Positions 10,056 through 20,418 of a DNA stretch of 64,000 nucleotides are shown here, one piece after another (the stretch's first letter is position 1; each line of letters begins with the position of its first letter). A program made the position numbers and the translations under genes. This stretch comes from an uncultured delta proteobacterium (GTDB taxonomy: Bacteria > Desulfobacterota > Binatia > UBA9968). The stretch lies in assembly GCA_963840855.1 (NCBI GenBank), contig CAWJBB010000041.1, forward strand, positions 32,001 through 96,000, given 5' to 3'. The notes beneath the pieces are model-generated. The model was not told where the DNA came from. It saw nothing but the letters and a program-made list of their open reading frames with translations, and made no database searches.

Positions 10056-11561
10056 TCACGACTCTTCCCATGGCACTTCCCGAGCCGCGTTTTGTCCGGC
10101 GATTTTTCCGGCAACAAAGCACTCCGTTATATTGCCGGCTTCCAAATAGAGGTGTCCGTAGATCGAGCTGATCTCGCCGGCGACGTAGAGGCGCGGAATC
10201 GGCTTCTTCATGGGGTCTAAGACCCGCTGTTTTACGTCATGCTCGGGGCCGCCCTGGGTATTGTTAACGATGGGCCAGGCTTCCATGACATAATACGGCG
10301 GCGTGGTGATGGGCATCATAGTTTTCGGCGGGCGGCGTTGATCGTCGTCCTGGCCCTTTTGGCAAAGCTCGTTCCAGCGTTCCACCGTCGCTCTCAGCAC
10401 TTTCGGGTTCACGTCGATTTGCCCGGCAATATCGTCAATAGAGTTGCCTTTTTTGATCCAGCCTTTGTTTATTTCAGTGAAATTATCGTCGCTCCAGCTG
10501 GCGTTGTAACGCTCGTCGTTAACGATGGGAATGCCGATGGGGCCGAGCTTGCGGCCTTCTTCGTCGAAAATCAGATAGCACGGGATGCGCGGATAATCCT
10601 GAATATCGGCGTCGTAAAATTCCAGAGATCGGGTGCCGGTGTCCTGGGGCGCGGGTGGATACTCGTCCATGAAGCGTTTGCCAAAGCGGTCCACGGCGAT
10701 CCAGATCATCTTCCGATTCTCGTTTCGTGGCCCGGCCCAGACATGACGGATGGCGAACGGCAGTTCGGGATACTTGAATCCATAACCGCCGTGGAAGTGC
10801 CACATATGCCAGAGCCCGGCGCCGGCTTTTTGCGCCATCTTGATGCCGTCACCGGTATTACCCAAAAAAACCGGATATACCGGCTGGGCTTCGAAGTATT
10901 GCAGCTTCATGGCGTCGTCGTTCTCATAACCGCCGCAAGCCAAGATCACGCCCTTGCGCGCTTTGACGTTGATAGGTTTGCCGTTCTGCTCCGCCTTGAG
11001 TCCGATCACCGCGCCCTCGGCGTTCATCACCAATTCTTTCGCCGGCGCGGAGAGCATCACTTCGATCTCACGCCCGTGGACATTGTCGTAGACGACTTTG
11101 AAAAGCCGCGCGCCGCCGCGCAGTCCCTTGGCCCAGGGGAATTCCGAATAGGCGGCGAAGTCCTTCAACTTGATCGAGTCGATATCCCTGGTGCCCGGGA
11201 AAGGGTAGGTGCCGTGGCCGCGGGTCTCGGTTTTGGTCGGCTCGGTGCCGCTGACCTTGGCAAGCTCCGTGACCCAGTCGATCACGCCGACCATTTCCTC
11301 GGCCATTTTGCGCAGTATGTCGTCGGGAGTCGTGCCGTTGCAGGTGCGTTTGAGATACTGAAAAGCGCCTTCGGCGTTGTGAGCGAAGGCGATGCCGCCA
11401 CCGGAAAGAATGGAGATGCCGCCGGGGTGCGGCATTTTTTCGATTACCAACACCTTCGCTCCGGCGTCGTGCGCCGTGATCGCAGAAATCCCGCCGGCGG
11501 CGCCGAAACCGACGACGATGACGTCTACTTCTTTGTCCCAGGTGTTCGCGTTGGTTGCCAT
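10056..11561 (-). CDS. FAD-binding oxidoreductase (fumarate reductase / 3-ketosteroid dehydrogenase flavoprotein superfamily)
   Basis: VVGFGAAG, SGGG, ACGGY, NTGDG, NTQGG, LYVAGE. Confidence 0.88.
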   Translation of the reverse strand: MATNANTWDKEVDVIVVGFGAAGGISAITAHDAGAKVLVIEKMPHPGGISILSGGGIAFAHNAEGAFQYLKRTCNGTTPDDILRKMAEEMVGVIDWVTELAKVSGTEPTKTETRGHGTYPFPGTRDIDSIKLKDFAAYSEFPWAKGLRGGARLFKVVYDNVHGREIEVMLSAPAKELVMNAEGAVIGLKAEQNGKPINVKARKGVILACGGYENDDAMKLQYFEAQPVYPVFLGNTGDGIKMAQKAGAGLWHMWHFHGGYGFKYPELPFAIRHVWAGPRNENRKMIWIAVDRFGKRFMDEYPPAPQDTGTRSLEFYDADIQDYPRIPCYLIFDEEGRKLGPIGIPIVNDERYNASWSDDNFTEINKGWIKKGNSIDDIAGQIDVNPKVLRATVERWNELCQKGQDDDQRRPPKTMMPITTPPYYVMEAWPIVNNTQGGPEHDVKQRVLDPMKKPIPRLYVAGEISSIYGHLYLEAGNITECFVAGKIAGQNAAREVPWEES

Positions 11562-11600
11562 TCCAAGAACTCCTTTGCGATTGTGGGTTCAGCTGCCGGT

Positions 11601-11691
11601 TTCCTTCCCCTTGACGGGGAGGACTAAAGGGGTGATCTTGATCGCTCACCGGCACCCCTATCCTAACCTTCCCCCGTCGAGGGGGAAGGAA
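11601..11691. repeat. REP-like palindromic element (CCTTCCCC...GGGGAAGG family)
   Basis: Terminal inverted repeat with internal hairpins; related sequences at 35741-35785 and 42069-42115. Confidence 0.7.
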
Positions 11692-11739
11692 TCGGAATGG
11701 GAGATCCTACCTCTTTTTGATTGCTTTCTTTGGTAATTC

Positions 11740-11862
11740 GGACCGGTCAGAAAGGTGCAGTTACGAGGCGCGCGAGGAATCGACGCGCCGAGGCGTACTC
11801 TTCAGTACATTGAGGCGCGGCGATTGAGCGCAACGAAGTAAATGCGCCTTTATCACCGGTCC
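11740..11862. repeat. MITE/REP-like palindromic element
   Basis: GGACCGGT...ACCGGTCC ends; shares CGAGGCGCGCG and GCGCAACGAAG with the inverted copy at 49652-49829. Confidence 0.65.
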
Positions 11863-11863
11863 G

Positions 11864-12973
11864 TTATAGCCGCTCCTCCAACCAGTCCAGCATATACGGC
11901 ACATTATGCGCCCAGTAGTCGTGGCTGCAATGAATTCTGCCGCCGTCATTCGGATCGTCGTAGATTTTTAGGGTTTTGTCTTTGGCGGCGATCTCGTCGA
12001 ATAGCCGCTTGGCGCCATCAACCGACATCAGCGTGTCTTTGGCGCCGTGGGTAATGAGCGTCGGGCAAGTGATGTTCTTGGCGACTCCCGCCATGGTGAA
12101 ATCTTGCAAAAGCCTGCGCGCGTCCTGGTGGCTGACGCCGCCCAACAATCTTTGGCAAACCGGCTGCAAGTGCGCGCAAAAGTCGTAAAGGTCGTCGAGC
12201 ACGCTGTAACAACCGCTCCAGGCGATCAGCGCTTTGATGCGCGATTCGAACGCCGCCACGCGGGGCGCATAATAGCCCGCCATGCTGATGCCGAGCAGGG
12301 CGACGCGATTCGGGTCGACTTCGGGCCGCGCGACCAAATAGTCAATGCACGCTTTTCCCGGCACCTCGTAATCCGGTCTCGTCTTGATCCCCTTTAGGTA
12401 GATCGAAGAACCGCGGCCCGGCGTGTCGACGAGCAACATGGCCCAGCCGCGGTCGAGCATCTGTTTGCCGGCGAAGTAGATTTCTTCGGCATAAGCGTCG
12501 GCGCCCCCGAGAAATAAAACCGCCGGCCACTTGCCCGGTTGCGGATGCGCCGGATGACAGAAATAGCCGTCGTATTCTTCGTCGCCGCAGCGAATCGAGA
12601 CGACTTCGATATTCGGATCATGCAGCTTCGCCGCGGCACGGAAGTTCTCTTGTGCTTTGCGGAAGCGCTCGGCGCGCTTCGGTTCCTCGGCAATCGTGAG
12701 CAGCACGTCGGACATGCGGTAATAGTTACTGGCATGGAAAAAATTTTGCTTCGCAGTGCGCAGGTGTCCTGACGCTAAAGCTTCTTTGGCTCGCGCTTCC
12801 GTCCTGTGCGCGAGTTCCCACCACGCCTTTTCCCAAGCGTTTTTATCACCGGCGTCGACGCTCCGCATCGCCCTGGCAATGTCGAACACGTCAGCGCCGC
12901 CCTGTTGCGCCTGGGCAACCAGGCGCAGTGTGTGGCCGCCGAACGGATGAGCGGGAAAGAGAAAATCGAACAT
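11864..12973 (-). CDS. Alpha/beta hydrolase (dihydroxypseudooxynicotine hydrolase/FrsA-like)
   Basis: GGADAYAEE, DTPGRG, nucleophile GISMAG, C-terminal HC. Confidence 0.82.
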   Translation of the reverse strand: MFDFLFPAHPFGGHTLRLVAQAQQGGADVFDIARAMRSVDAGDKNAWEKAWWELAHRTEARAKEALASGHLRTAKQNFFHASNYYRMSDVLLTIAEEPKRAERFRKAQENFRAAAKLHDPNIEVVSIRCGDEEYDGYFCHPAHPQPGKWPAVLFLGGADAYAEEIYFAGKQMLDRGWAMLLVDTPGRGSSIYLKGIKTRPDYEVPGKACIDYLVARPEVDPNRVALLGISMAGYYAPRVAAFESRIKALIAWSGCYSVLDDLYDFCAHLQPVCQRLLGGVSHQDARRLLQDFTMAGVAKNITCPTLITHGAKDTLMSVDGAKRLFDEIAAKDKTLKIYDDPNDGGRIHCSHDYWAHNVPYMLDWLEERL

Positions 12974-13342
12974 AGAGCCTCCCCGGCGCGTTGATTGTCG
13001 GATTCAAACCGCCGGATTCGATAATTGGTCTTATGGGTAATCCAAAAGAACATACGAAACAAGCCGATGCCGCAGGAGTCGCCCCGCTAACCAGCTTGCA
13101 TCGCTTACAGATAGTCGACCGGTAAGAATCAGCTTGAGCTTGACAGTCTTGCACCGGGTTGGTAGCGTTTCGGCAGATGGCTCCGTCGTATTCGAGCTAG
13201 CACCGCAAGCCGGAGCTTTGTAGCGTAAAACACAGCGTGGTCTTCGAGAGGGATAGTCACGGCAGAAAGCCGGTTGCATTTGCGTCGCGGCGCAATGGGG
13301 TGACTGGCTTTTTTGATTTGACGGACCGCAGAGGAGGCTCAG

Positions 13343-13660
13343 ATGGCAACCTATATCGCTCTCGTGAACTTTACCGATCAGGGTATACGTTATATCAAGC
13401 AAACTACAGAAAGAGCTAAAGGGCTGGTGAACGCGGCTGCTAAAATGGGCGTCACCATTAAAGATATTTATTGGACGATGGGCCCCTTTGATGCTTTATT
13501 TACGGCCGACGCGCCGGATGATGAAACGATGACTATTTTAGCAATCAGCTTGGGGTCCTTGGGCAACGTGCGAACCCAGACGATGAGGGCGTTCTCCGCG
13601 GAGGAGATGAATAGCATCGTTGGTAAGCTTCCAAAGATGGAAATAATTTCCGCAAAGTGA
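13343..13660 (+). CDS. GYD-domain protein
   Basis: YIALVNFTDQG...YWTMGPFD...GNVRTQTMRAF; GGAGG RBS. Confidence 0.85.
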   Translation: MATYIALVNFTDQGIRYIKQTTERAKGLVNAAAKMGVTIKDIYWTMGPFDALFTADAPDDETMTILAISLGSLGNVRTQTMRAFSAEEMNSIVGKLPKMEIISAK

Positions 13661-13685
13661 AACCGCCAGCAGGGGAGGAATCGCC

Positions 13686-15477
13686 ATGGCGAAAGTCGAT
13701 CTCTCAATCGCAATTGGAGGCGCAGCCGGCCAGGGAATCGCCACACCCGGTGATATCCTGGCCAGAATCTTCGTTCGCCGCGGACTGCACTTGAACGCCT
13801 ATAATGCATACCAGTCGATCATTCGCGGCGGCCACATTTTCCTCACGCTTCGCACCAGCGATGCCCCGGTTCTCAGTTTCGGTGACAAGCTCGACATTTT
13901 GATTCCCCTCAATCAGGACACGATGAATCGCCATCTTCGGCTTAATGAAATCTGGTTCTCTTGTCCTTTACAACGGCGATAAGATCAAACCGGGCGAAGT
14001 TGAAGCCGGCGTCCAGCTTTGTCCCTTTTCGGTGAAGGAGTTGGCGCCGAACATCAGAGGAGATCTGGTTCAAAACACCATTGCTTTGGCGGCGGTGCTG
14101 CGCCTGATCGGCGTCGAGTTCAAGATCCTCGAAGACATCCTCACTCTACAGTTCAAAAGAAAAGGGGAGACCGTCATTGCCGAAAACGTCGGAGTGGCCC
14201 GCGCCGGTTACGACTACGCTGGTGCGCATTTCAAGCCGTTCGCATTCTCGCTGCCCGACACCGGAAAAAGACTGGCGTTCTTCGAAGGCAACCAGGCGCT
14301 GGCGATGGGAGGAGCGGCGGCGGGCGTGCGTTTTTACTGTGCCTATCCTATGAGCCCTGCATCCGGTGTGCTTCACTGGATGGCCCGACATGGGCGCCAG
14401 TTGGGCATCATGGTGCGTCAGATTGAAGACGAGATCGGAGTTATCAACGTAGCCATCGGCGCTGCCCATGCAGGATGCCGGGCGATGTGCGCGACTTCGG
14501 GGGGCGGCTTTGCGCTGATGAGTGAGGCTCTGGGATCGGCGGCCATGATGGAGATACCCGTCGTCTGTATCAACGTTCAGCGCGCAGGTCCTGCCACAGG
14601 CGTGCCGACCAAAACCGAGCAAGGTGATCTCTGGCAAGTGATGGGAGCAGGGCAGGGAGACTACCCGCGCATTATTGTCGCGCCAACCGACATACTGGAT
14701 TGCTTCAAAACAGTGCCCGAGCTTTTTAACCTGGTGGATAAATTTCAGTGTCCGGGCATCGTCATTTCAGATCTCTTGCTTTCCGAGGGTCGTTCCAGTG
14801 TGGACCCGGCGGAATTAGACTTCAACGTTCCCATCGACAGAGGTGAAGTCATCGGCCTCAACGGTAGCGTCCCGCCCGTCAATGGCGGCTATAATCGTTA
14901 TCAGCTCACGGATACCGGTATCTCTCCTAGGGCGCTGCCAGGGACGGCGGGATACACGCATGTGGTGGCGACCGATGAACATGACGAGGATGGCGTGCTG
15001 ATCAGCGATGAATTCACCAACCCGCATAAGCGCCAAGCCATGCATGAAAAACGCATGCGCAAGATGGAATCGATTCTGCCGCTCCTGGAGCCGCCTAGGC
15101 TGTTCGGACCGCAAGACGCGCAGGTGACCTTGGTGGGTTGGGGCTCAACGGAAGGGGTCATTCGCGAAGCCATGCAAAAGTTAGCAAACGAAGAAGGGGT
15201 TGCCGCCAATAACCTCCAGATTAAGTGGATGGTTCCTCTCCATTGCGAAGCAATCACGGCGATAGTTTCCAAGTGTAAGAAGCTCATCATCGTAGAGAAT
15301 AACTACAGCGGACAGTTCGCGCGCTACCTGCGCTCCGAAACCAGCATCGTCGCCGACGGTCACATTCGCAAGTACGATGGCGAGCCCTTTATGCCGCATC
15401 ACATGGTAGATGGCGTGAAAGCCATCTTGGCGGGCACAACGCAAAAATATGTCCCGGTGCACGAAATCATGGTCTAA
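13686..15477 (+). CDS. korA: 2-oxoacid:ferredoxin oxidoreductase alpha subunit, frameshift near 13945
   Basis: GGAAGQG and YQSIIRGG in the first frame; YPMSPAS, EDE, ATSGGG, QRAGPATGVPT in the second. Confidence 0.9.
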
Positions 15478-15484
15478 GCGATTG

Positions 15485-15548
15485 TTTCTAGTTTTCAGTT
15501 TCTCGTTTCGAGTTAACCCGAAACCAGGAACTAGGAACCAGAAACTTC
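15485..15548. repeat. Inverted 7-nt-period repeat array (GTTTCTA / GAAACCA type)
   Basis: GTTTCTAGTTTTCAGTTTCTCGTTTCG ... CGAAACCAGGAACTAGGAACCAGAAAC. Confidence 0.7.
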
Positions 15549-15581
15549 AAAGCGCGAAGGAGTGAATCATGAGTGTACCCA

Positions 15582-16499
15582 ATGCAAACAGAGACCATAA
15601 CCTCACGCGGGGAACAGACCCGCCAGGCGCCGTTGACCGTCAAGGATTTTAAGGGCAAGGCAGATCCTGACTGGTGCCCGGGCTGCGGCGACTTCGGTGT
15701 GCTTACAGCATTGAAACAGGCGCTAGTGGAGTTGAATCTGCACCCTCATCAGGTGATGACCATCAGCGGCATCGGCTGTTCTTCCAACCTGCCTGGGTAT
15801 GTTAGTACCTACGGTATGCACACGCTGCATGGACGCGCTTTGGCAGTGGCGACCGGCGCCCAGCTTGCCAATCACGATCTCAAGATCATCGTTACCGGGG
15901 GCGACGGCGACGGCTACGGCATCGGCGGCAATCATTTCGTGCACAGCATGCGACGCAACGTCGATCTAACCTACATTGTGATGAACAATCAGATTTATGG
16001 ACTTACAACCGGACAGATCTCTCCGACCAGCACTAAAGGGATGAAAACAAAGAGCACGCCTATCGGCAGCGTGGAGAATCCTATCTTTCCCGTTTCGCTC
16101 GCCATTGCTGCGGGGGCGACTTATGTGGCGCGGGGATATACCGGACAAGTAAAACATCTCGTCGAGCTCATTAAGGGCGGGATTCAACACAAGGGGTTTG
16201 CGCTCATCGATGCCTTCAGTCCGTGCGTGACATTCAATCTCGACAACACCCACGAGTTTTTCAAACACCGGACAAAAAAGTTAGAAGACATGGGGCATGA
16301 TCCGACCGACTTCGCCGCGGCTATACAGAAGAGTTACGAGTGGGGGGATGAGATTCCCATCGGGCTTTTCTGGAAGCGAGAAGATCTTCCCTCGCTGGAT
16401 CAACTAGAGCCGATTCTTGACGAAGGCGGCCCGCTTGCCCGCCGCCCGCTCGGTATTTCCCCGGATGTCGCGAAATCGTTGGTCCGCGAGCTAATGTAG
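15582..16499 (+). CDS. korB: 2-oxoacid:ferredoxin oxidoreductase beta subunit
   Basis: WCPGCG, SGIGCS, HGRA, TPP motif GDGD...NN, SPCVTFN; start codon uncertain. Confidence 0.92.
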   Translation: MQTETITSRGEQTRQAPLTVKDFKGKADPDWCPGCGDFGVLTALKQALVELNLHPHQVMTISGIGCSSNLPGYVSTYGMHTLHGRALAVATGAQLANHDLKIIVTGGDGDGYGIGGNHFVHSMRRNVDLTYIVMNNQIYGLTTGQISPTSTKGMKTKSTPIGSVENPIFPVSLAIAAGATYVARGYTGQVKHLVELIKGGIQHKGFALIDAFSPCVTFNLDNTHEFFKHRTKKLEDMGHDPTDFAAAIQKSYEWGDEIPIGLFWKREDLPSLDQLEPILDEGGPLARRPLGISPDVAKSLVRELM

Positions 16500-16603
16500 C
16501 GACGCGCCTATCTGACCACGACCGGATTCAGCGTTGTCGCAAACTACGTTCAGAATACTGTTCGCTCATTTGCCTTTCCTACGCACGGGTCTCGCCTCGC
16601 AGG

Positions 16604-16633
16604 GTAGAGGGCAGGTTTGAAACCTGCCCCTAC
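16604..16633. repeat. GTAG-type REP hairpin
   Basis: GTAGAGGGCAGGTTTGAAACCTGCCCCTAC. Confidence 0.7.
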
Positions 16634-16745
16634 GAAAACCGCCTACACTTGACTAGCACGTCTTTGCCTCTGCATATAGTTGACATCCCAATACGGGATC
16701 GTGATACTCGCTCAGCGAATCAGCAAAAACAGACGGAGATATGGC

Positions 16746-17856
16746 ATGAAATCCGGTTTCAAGATTCTGGATTCCGACATGCACCTGCGCGAGCCGGCGG
16801 ATCTGTGGGATAAATACATGGAACCGGAGTGGCGCGAGCGGGCGCCGAAAATTTTGAGTTCCACCGCCCGCAGCTCGGCAATGGTGATGATCGAGGGAAA
16901 AATTCTTCAAGGTTACAAACCGACTTACCGTGGCGGCATCTTCGATGCGACCCGCATCGATGAAGAAATCGCCGACTATCGCTCGCGGGGTTTCGATGCC
17001 AAGACCCAACTTCAAGCGATGGATCGAGAAGGGCTTGGACGTCGCCGCGCTCTATCCCTCCATCGGCCTCGGCATCATGATGCGCGAGGAAATGGATCCC
17101 AAGCTGGCCGCGGCGATCGCGCGAGCCTACAACAACTGGCTCTATGATTTTTGCCAGACCGATCCGAAACGGCTCAAAGGCGTCGGCGATGATCCCGCTG
17201 CACGATCCCAACGAGGCCGTAAAGGAAGCCCAGCGGGCCGTGGGTAAGCTTGGCTTCGTCGGCGTCTTCGCCAGGCCGGAACCGCTGCGCAACATGCCCT
17301 GGCATGCGCGCTATTTCGACACGGTTTGGTCGGCGCTCGAAGAACTCGGTGTGCCGCTGGGTTTTCATTCCGCTGCCGCTGCCGGCGAGGTGCCACAGAT
17401 CGGCGACCGTTTCGGCGACAATTTGTTGCTGCGCCACGTGGTTTCGCATTCGCTGGAAAACATGGTCGCCATGACCGACACCATCGGCGGCGGCGTCTGC
17501 GAGCGTCATCCGAAACTGAAACTGGCTTTTCTGGAATGCTATTGCGGCTGGGTTTCATTTCTCTCCACCGCATGGACAACGCCATGGAGAAAGGGCGCTT
17601 CCCGACGGCCGGTAAGTTAAAACCGAGCGAGTATTTCCAACGCCAGTGCTGGATTTCCACCGAACATGAAAAAGAGCTGCCGATGATCATCGATCTGATC
17701 GGCGACGACAATATCGTGTTCTCCACCGACTATCCGCATGGCGATTCGGATTTTCCCCATGCGGTGGAAGAGTTTTTGGAGATGGACGGCGTATCGAAAG
17801 AGAGCCGGAAGAAAATTCTCTGGGACAACTGCGCGCGGCTGTATGGGCTGGGCTAA
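16746..17856 (+). CDS. Amidohydrolase_2 family protein, several frameshifts
   Basis: DSDMH, LYPS, RAYNNWL, LECYCGW, FSTDYPHGD, ILWDN spread over successive frame segments. Confidence 0.85.
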
Positions 17857-17894
17857 CAAAATGCAGTATGGGTTGTTGGAGTGAACTAGATGAA

Positions 17895-17985
17895 TTCCGT
17901 CATTCCGGCGAAAGCCGGAATCCAGGTTCATTCCGTAAGCAAAGACGAAAAAGCCTGGATTCCCGCCTTCGCGGGAATGACGGAA
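17895..17985. repeat. CGTCATTCC...GGAATGACG palindromic element
   Basis: Paired hairpin arms with terminal inverted repeat; relatives at 20217-20331, 25672-25770, 38011-38064. Confidence 0.8.
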
Positions 17986-18033
17986 GGGAAGTTGCGCTGA
18001 CGCACATCGGCCGCCAAGGCGAGGGGAAAATCC

Positions 18034-19105
18034 ATGAGGCAAAAATCCTTCTTTCGATTCCTTGGTTTTCAATCCGACAATCTAAAATCCAAAACCTGTA
18101 CTGAGCTATGTCGAAGGATCCAAAATCGAAAATTGGCTTGGGGTTTTCGCCCTCGCTGTCGCATTCGCTCTGTGTGGGGCGGTGGCCGAGGCGCAGCAGA
18201 CAGGGAAAATCCTCCGCATCGGTTTCCTGGATGCAAGCACTGCTTCCGGTAGCGCGGTCCTCGTGGAAGCGTTCCGGCAGGAGCTGAGCAAGCTTGGATG
18301 GATCGAGGGAAAGAATATCACCATCGAGTATCGGTTTGCAGAGGGAAAAGCCTGAGCGCCTGCCTGAGCTTGCGGCGGACCTGGTTCGTCTTAAGGTTGA
18401 TCTGATCGTGGTCACAGGGACGCCACGGCGTTAGCGGCAAAGAAAGCGACTACTACCATCCCCATCGTGATGACGAACGCTGGGGACCCCGTGGGTGCAG
18501 GTCTGGTTGCCAGTCTGGCGCGGCCGGGAGGCAATGTCACCGGGTTCTCGAGTTTATCGACTGAACTAAACACGAAAAGGCTAGAGATACTCAAGGACGC
18601 GGTCCCCAAGCTCGCCCGAGTTGGACTTCTGCGGCCGCGGGAGCCGCAGGATCAGACCTCCAACTGAAAGAGCTCAGGCCTGCGGCTCTGGCACTGAAGC
18701 TAAAATTGGAGGAGATCGAGACTCAAGCCGACGCCAAAGGTTTAGAGAGCGCCTTTCAAACCGCAAAGCAGAAGCAGGTGGGCGCGATTATGACGACCGC
18801 CGGTCGCCGCTTTTTCGCCGAAAGAAAGCGGATCGTCGAGCTTGCCGTCAAATACCGGTTGCCGGCTATTTACTTCTCAGAAGGAGTTTGTCGATGAGGG
18901 CGGCCTCATGTCCTACGGGGCGGACTACGATGACCTCTATCGGCTCGCGGCTGTTTACGTGGACAAGATCTTGAAAGGTGCCAAACCGGCTGATTTGCCG
19001 GTGCAGCAGGCAACGAAGTTTGAATTCGTCATCAACCTGAAGGCGGCAAAACAGATTGGTCTGACAATTCCGCCGTGTGCTCGAGCGGGCGAATCAAGTG
19101 ATTAA
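18034..19105 (+). CDS. ABC substrate-binding protein (ABC_sub_bind type), several frameshifts
   Basis: RIGFL, GWIEGKN, LARPGGNVTG, GGLMSYG, YVDKILKGAKPADLPVQQ; near-identical to 22145-23125. Confidence 0.8.
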
Positions 19106-19129
19106 ATAGGCGAGAGGCAACAGGCAGTG

Positions 19130-19212
19130 GTAGGGGCGGACCGGCGCCTGCCCTGAGCGGAGTCGAAGGATGTCCGCCCGTTCGGAGGGCCGACACGCAG
19201 GTCGGCCCCTAC
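19130..19212. repeat. GTAG-type REP with a nested CCTGAGC-N3-GTCGAAGG element
   Basis: GTAGGGGCGGACC...GGTCGGCCCCTAC interrupted by CCTGAGCGGAGTCGAAGG. Confidence 0.7.
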
Positions 19213-19249
19213 ACGCGTCCGACAATCGGCAATCAAAAAGCGGCCCCGC

Positions 19250-19410
19250 AGACGAAAAAAATTGGTGGGGATTGTTGCTCTCCTTTTCACACTCGCGCTG
19301 TGTGGGGCTATGGCTCAGGCGCAGCAATCAGGAAAAATATTCCGCATAGGTGTCCTGGATGACGGCACTGCTTTTGGTAGCGCGGTCCTTGAGGCGTTCT
19401 GGCAGGAGAT
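19250..19410 (+). pseudogene. N-terminal remnant of another ABC_sub_bind paralog
   Basis: LALCGAMAQAQQSGKIFRIGVLDDGTAFGSAVLEAFWQE matches the neighbours' N-termini, then similarity ends. Confidence 0.7.
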
Positions 19411-19485
19411 GCCGCATGGCTCGTCAACTGCCAGCCGAATTCGAGGGAGCGCTCGACTCGAGCAATCATCCATCACTTCTTGAAT

Positions 19486-19514
19486 TTGACATCCCCATCG
19501 ACCGGCGCTAGTCT
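19486..19514 (+). promoter_or_regulatory. Sigma-70 promoter of the TA operon
   Basis: TTGACA-17 nt-TAGTCT; the -10 overlaps a CTAGTCTGAATT/CTAGTCCGATTT direct repeat (possible operator). Confidence 0.65.
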
Positions 19515-19544
19515 GAATTCTAGTCCGATTTTAAGGAGACCGTT

Positions 19545-19832
19545 ATGGTACGTGTTCTAAGCTTATCAGAAGCCAAGGCCCATCTAAGCCGGATAGTGGC
19601 TGACTGTGAAAAGGATGAGGAAGAGCTTGTCATTACCCGAAATGGGCGGCCCGCGGCTGTTCTCATAAGCGCAGACGAGTATGAAGGGTGGCGCGAGACA
19701 AGAGAGATCATGCGGAACCGCGCCCTGATGAAGGAAATTAGACAAGGTCTGCGGCAGCTCGAGAAAGGCCGGCGGTTTACTTTTGAGGAAGTTTTCGGGG
19801 AGCCCTTGAGACCGAGCAAACCTCCGAAATGA
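19545..19832 (+). CDS. Phd/YefM-family antitoxin
   Basis: LSEAKAHLSRIV...VITRNGRPAAVLIS; AAGGAG RBS. Confidence 0.92.
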   Translation: MVRVLSLSEAKAHLSRIVADCEKDEEELVITRNGRPAAVLISADEYEGWRETREIMRNRALMKEIRQGLRQLEKGRRFTFEEVFGEPLRPSKPPK

Positions 19833-20128
19833 TCCGTTATCGCATCGAGATGCCTCGGGTGCTGCGGGATCTCATCCGCCATCTCCCGCCGGAGTTAAAA
19901 GCAAAAGTCAAAGCTACACTGAGATCAATTTCTGATGACCCCTATCGCGCTAAGGAGTTGAGGGACGAATTGGCAGGCTTGAGAAGCTGCCGGGTAGCCA
20001 GGTCCCGAGTCATCTATCGCATCGTAGGTTCCATGGTCCAAATCGTTGCGCTTGGACCCCGTGCGGACATCTATGAGCGTGCGGCCGCCGAACTCAGCAA
20101 GACGCTGAGAAAAGGCAAAACCGATTGA
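19829..20128 (+). CDS. RelE/ParE-family toxin
   Basis: ATGA overlap with the antitoxin; LAGLRSCRV..RVIYRI...GPRADIYE. Confidence 0.88.
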   Translation: MIRYRIEMPRVLRDLIRHLPPELKAKVKATLRSISDDPYRAKELRDELAGLRSCRVARSRVIYRIVGSMVQIVALGPRADIYERAAAELSKTLRKGKTD

Positions 20129-20418
20129 CGAATACCAAGACCGCAACAGAATTCAGAGCGTTAATGTCTCTCTCGGGGATGGTTGAAATCTTTCGCCTTC
20201 AGGCGAAGTGAAAGTTCGTCATGCAGGCTAAGGCCGGCATCCAGGTGACGGACAGCGTCCCGTCATACCGTTGAAAAACGGTATCCAGGTTAAGGGGATG
20301 GGGATGGACCCCGGTTTTCACCGGGGTGACGATAAGGCCGGAATGACCGAGCGTTAATGGGACAGGCTACTTTTTCTGATTCTGTTGAAAAACCCACCGT
20401 TCGTCCTTCGAGGGCCTC

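Noticed and set aside
10239-11627. 462-aa plus-strand ORF
   Set aside because: Antisense shadow of the FAD oxidoreductase, common in GC-rich DNA; the same applies to most overlapping ORFs listed.
13160-13275. Guanidine-I (ykkC) riboswitch resemblance
   Set aside because: Only loose similarity; the conserved CUAGGGUUCCG core is absent.
19480-20200. Integron cassette carrying the TA pair
   Set aside because: No convincing attC site and no integrase in the window.
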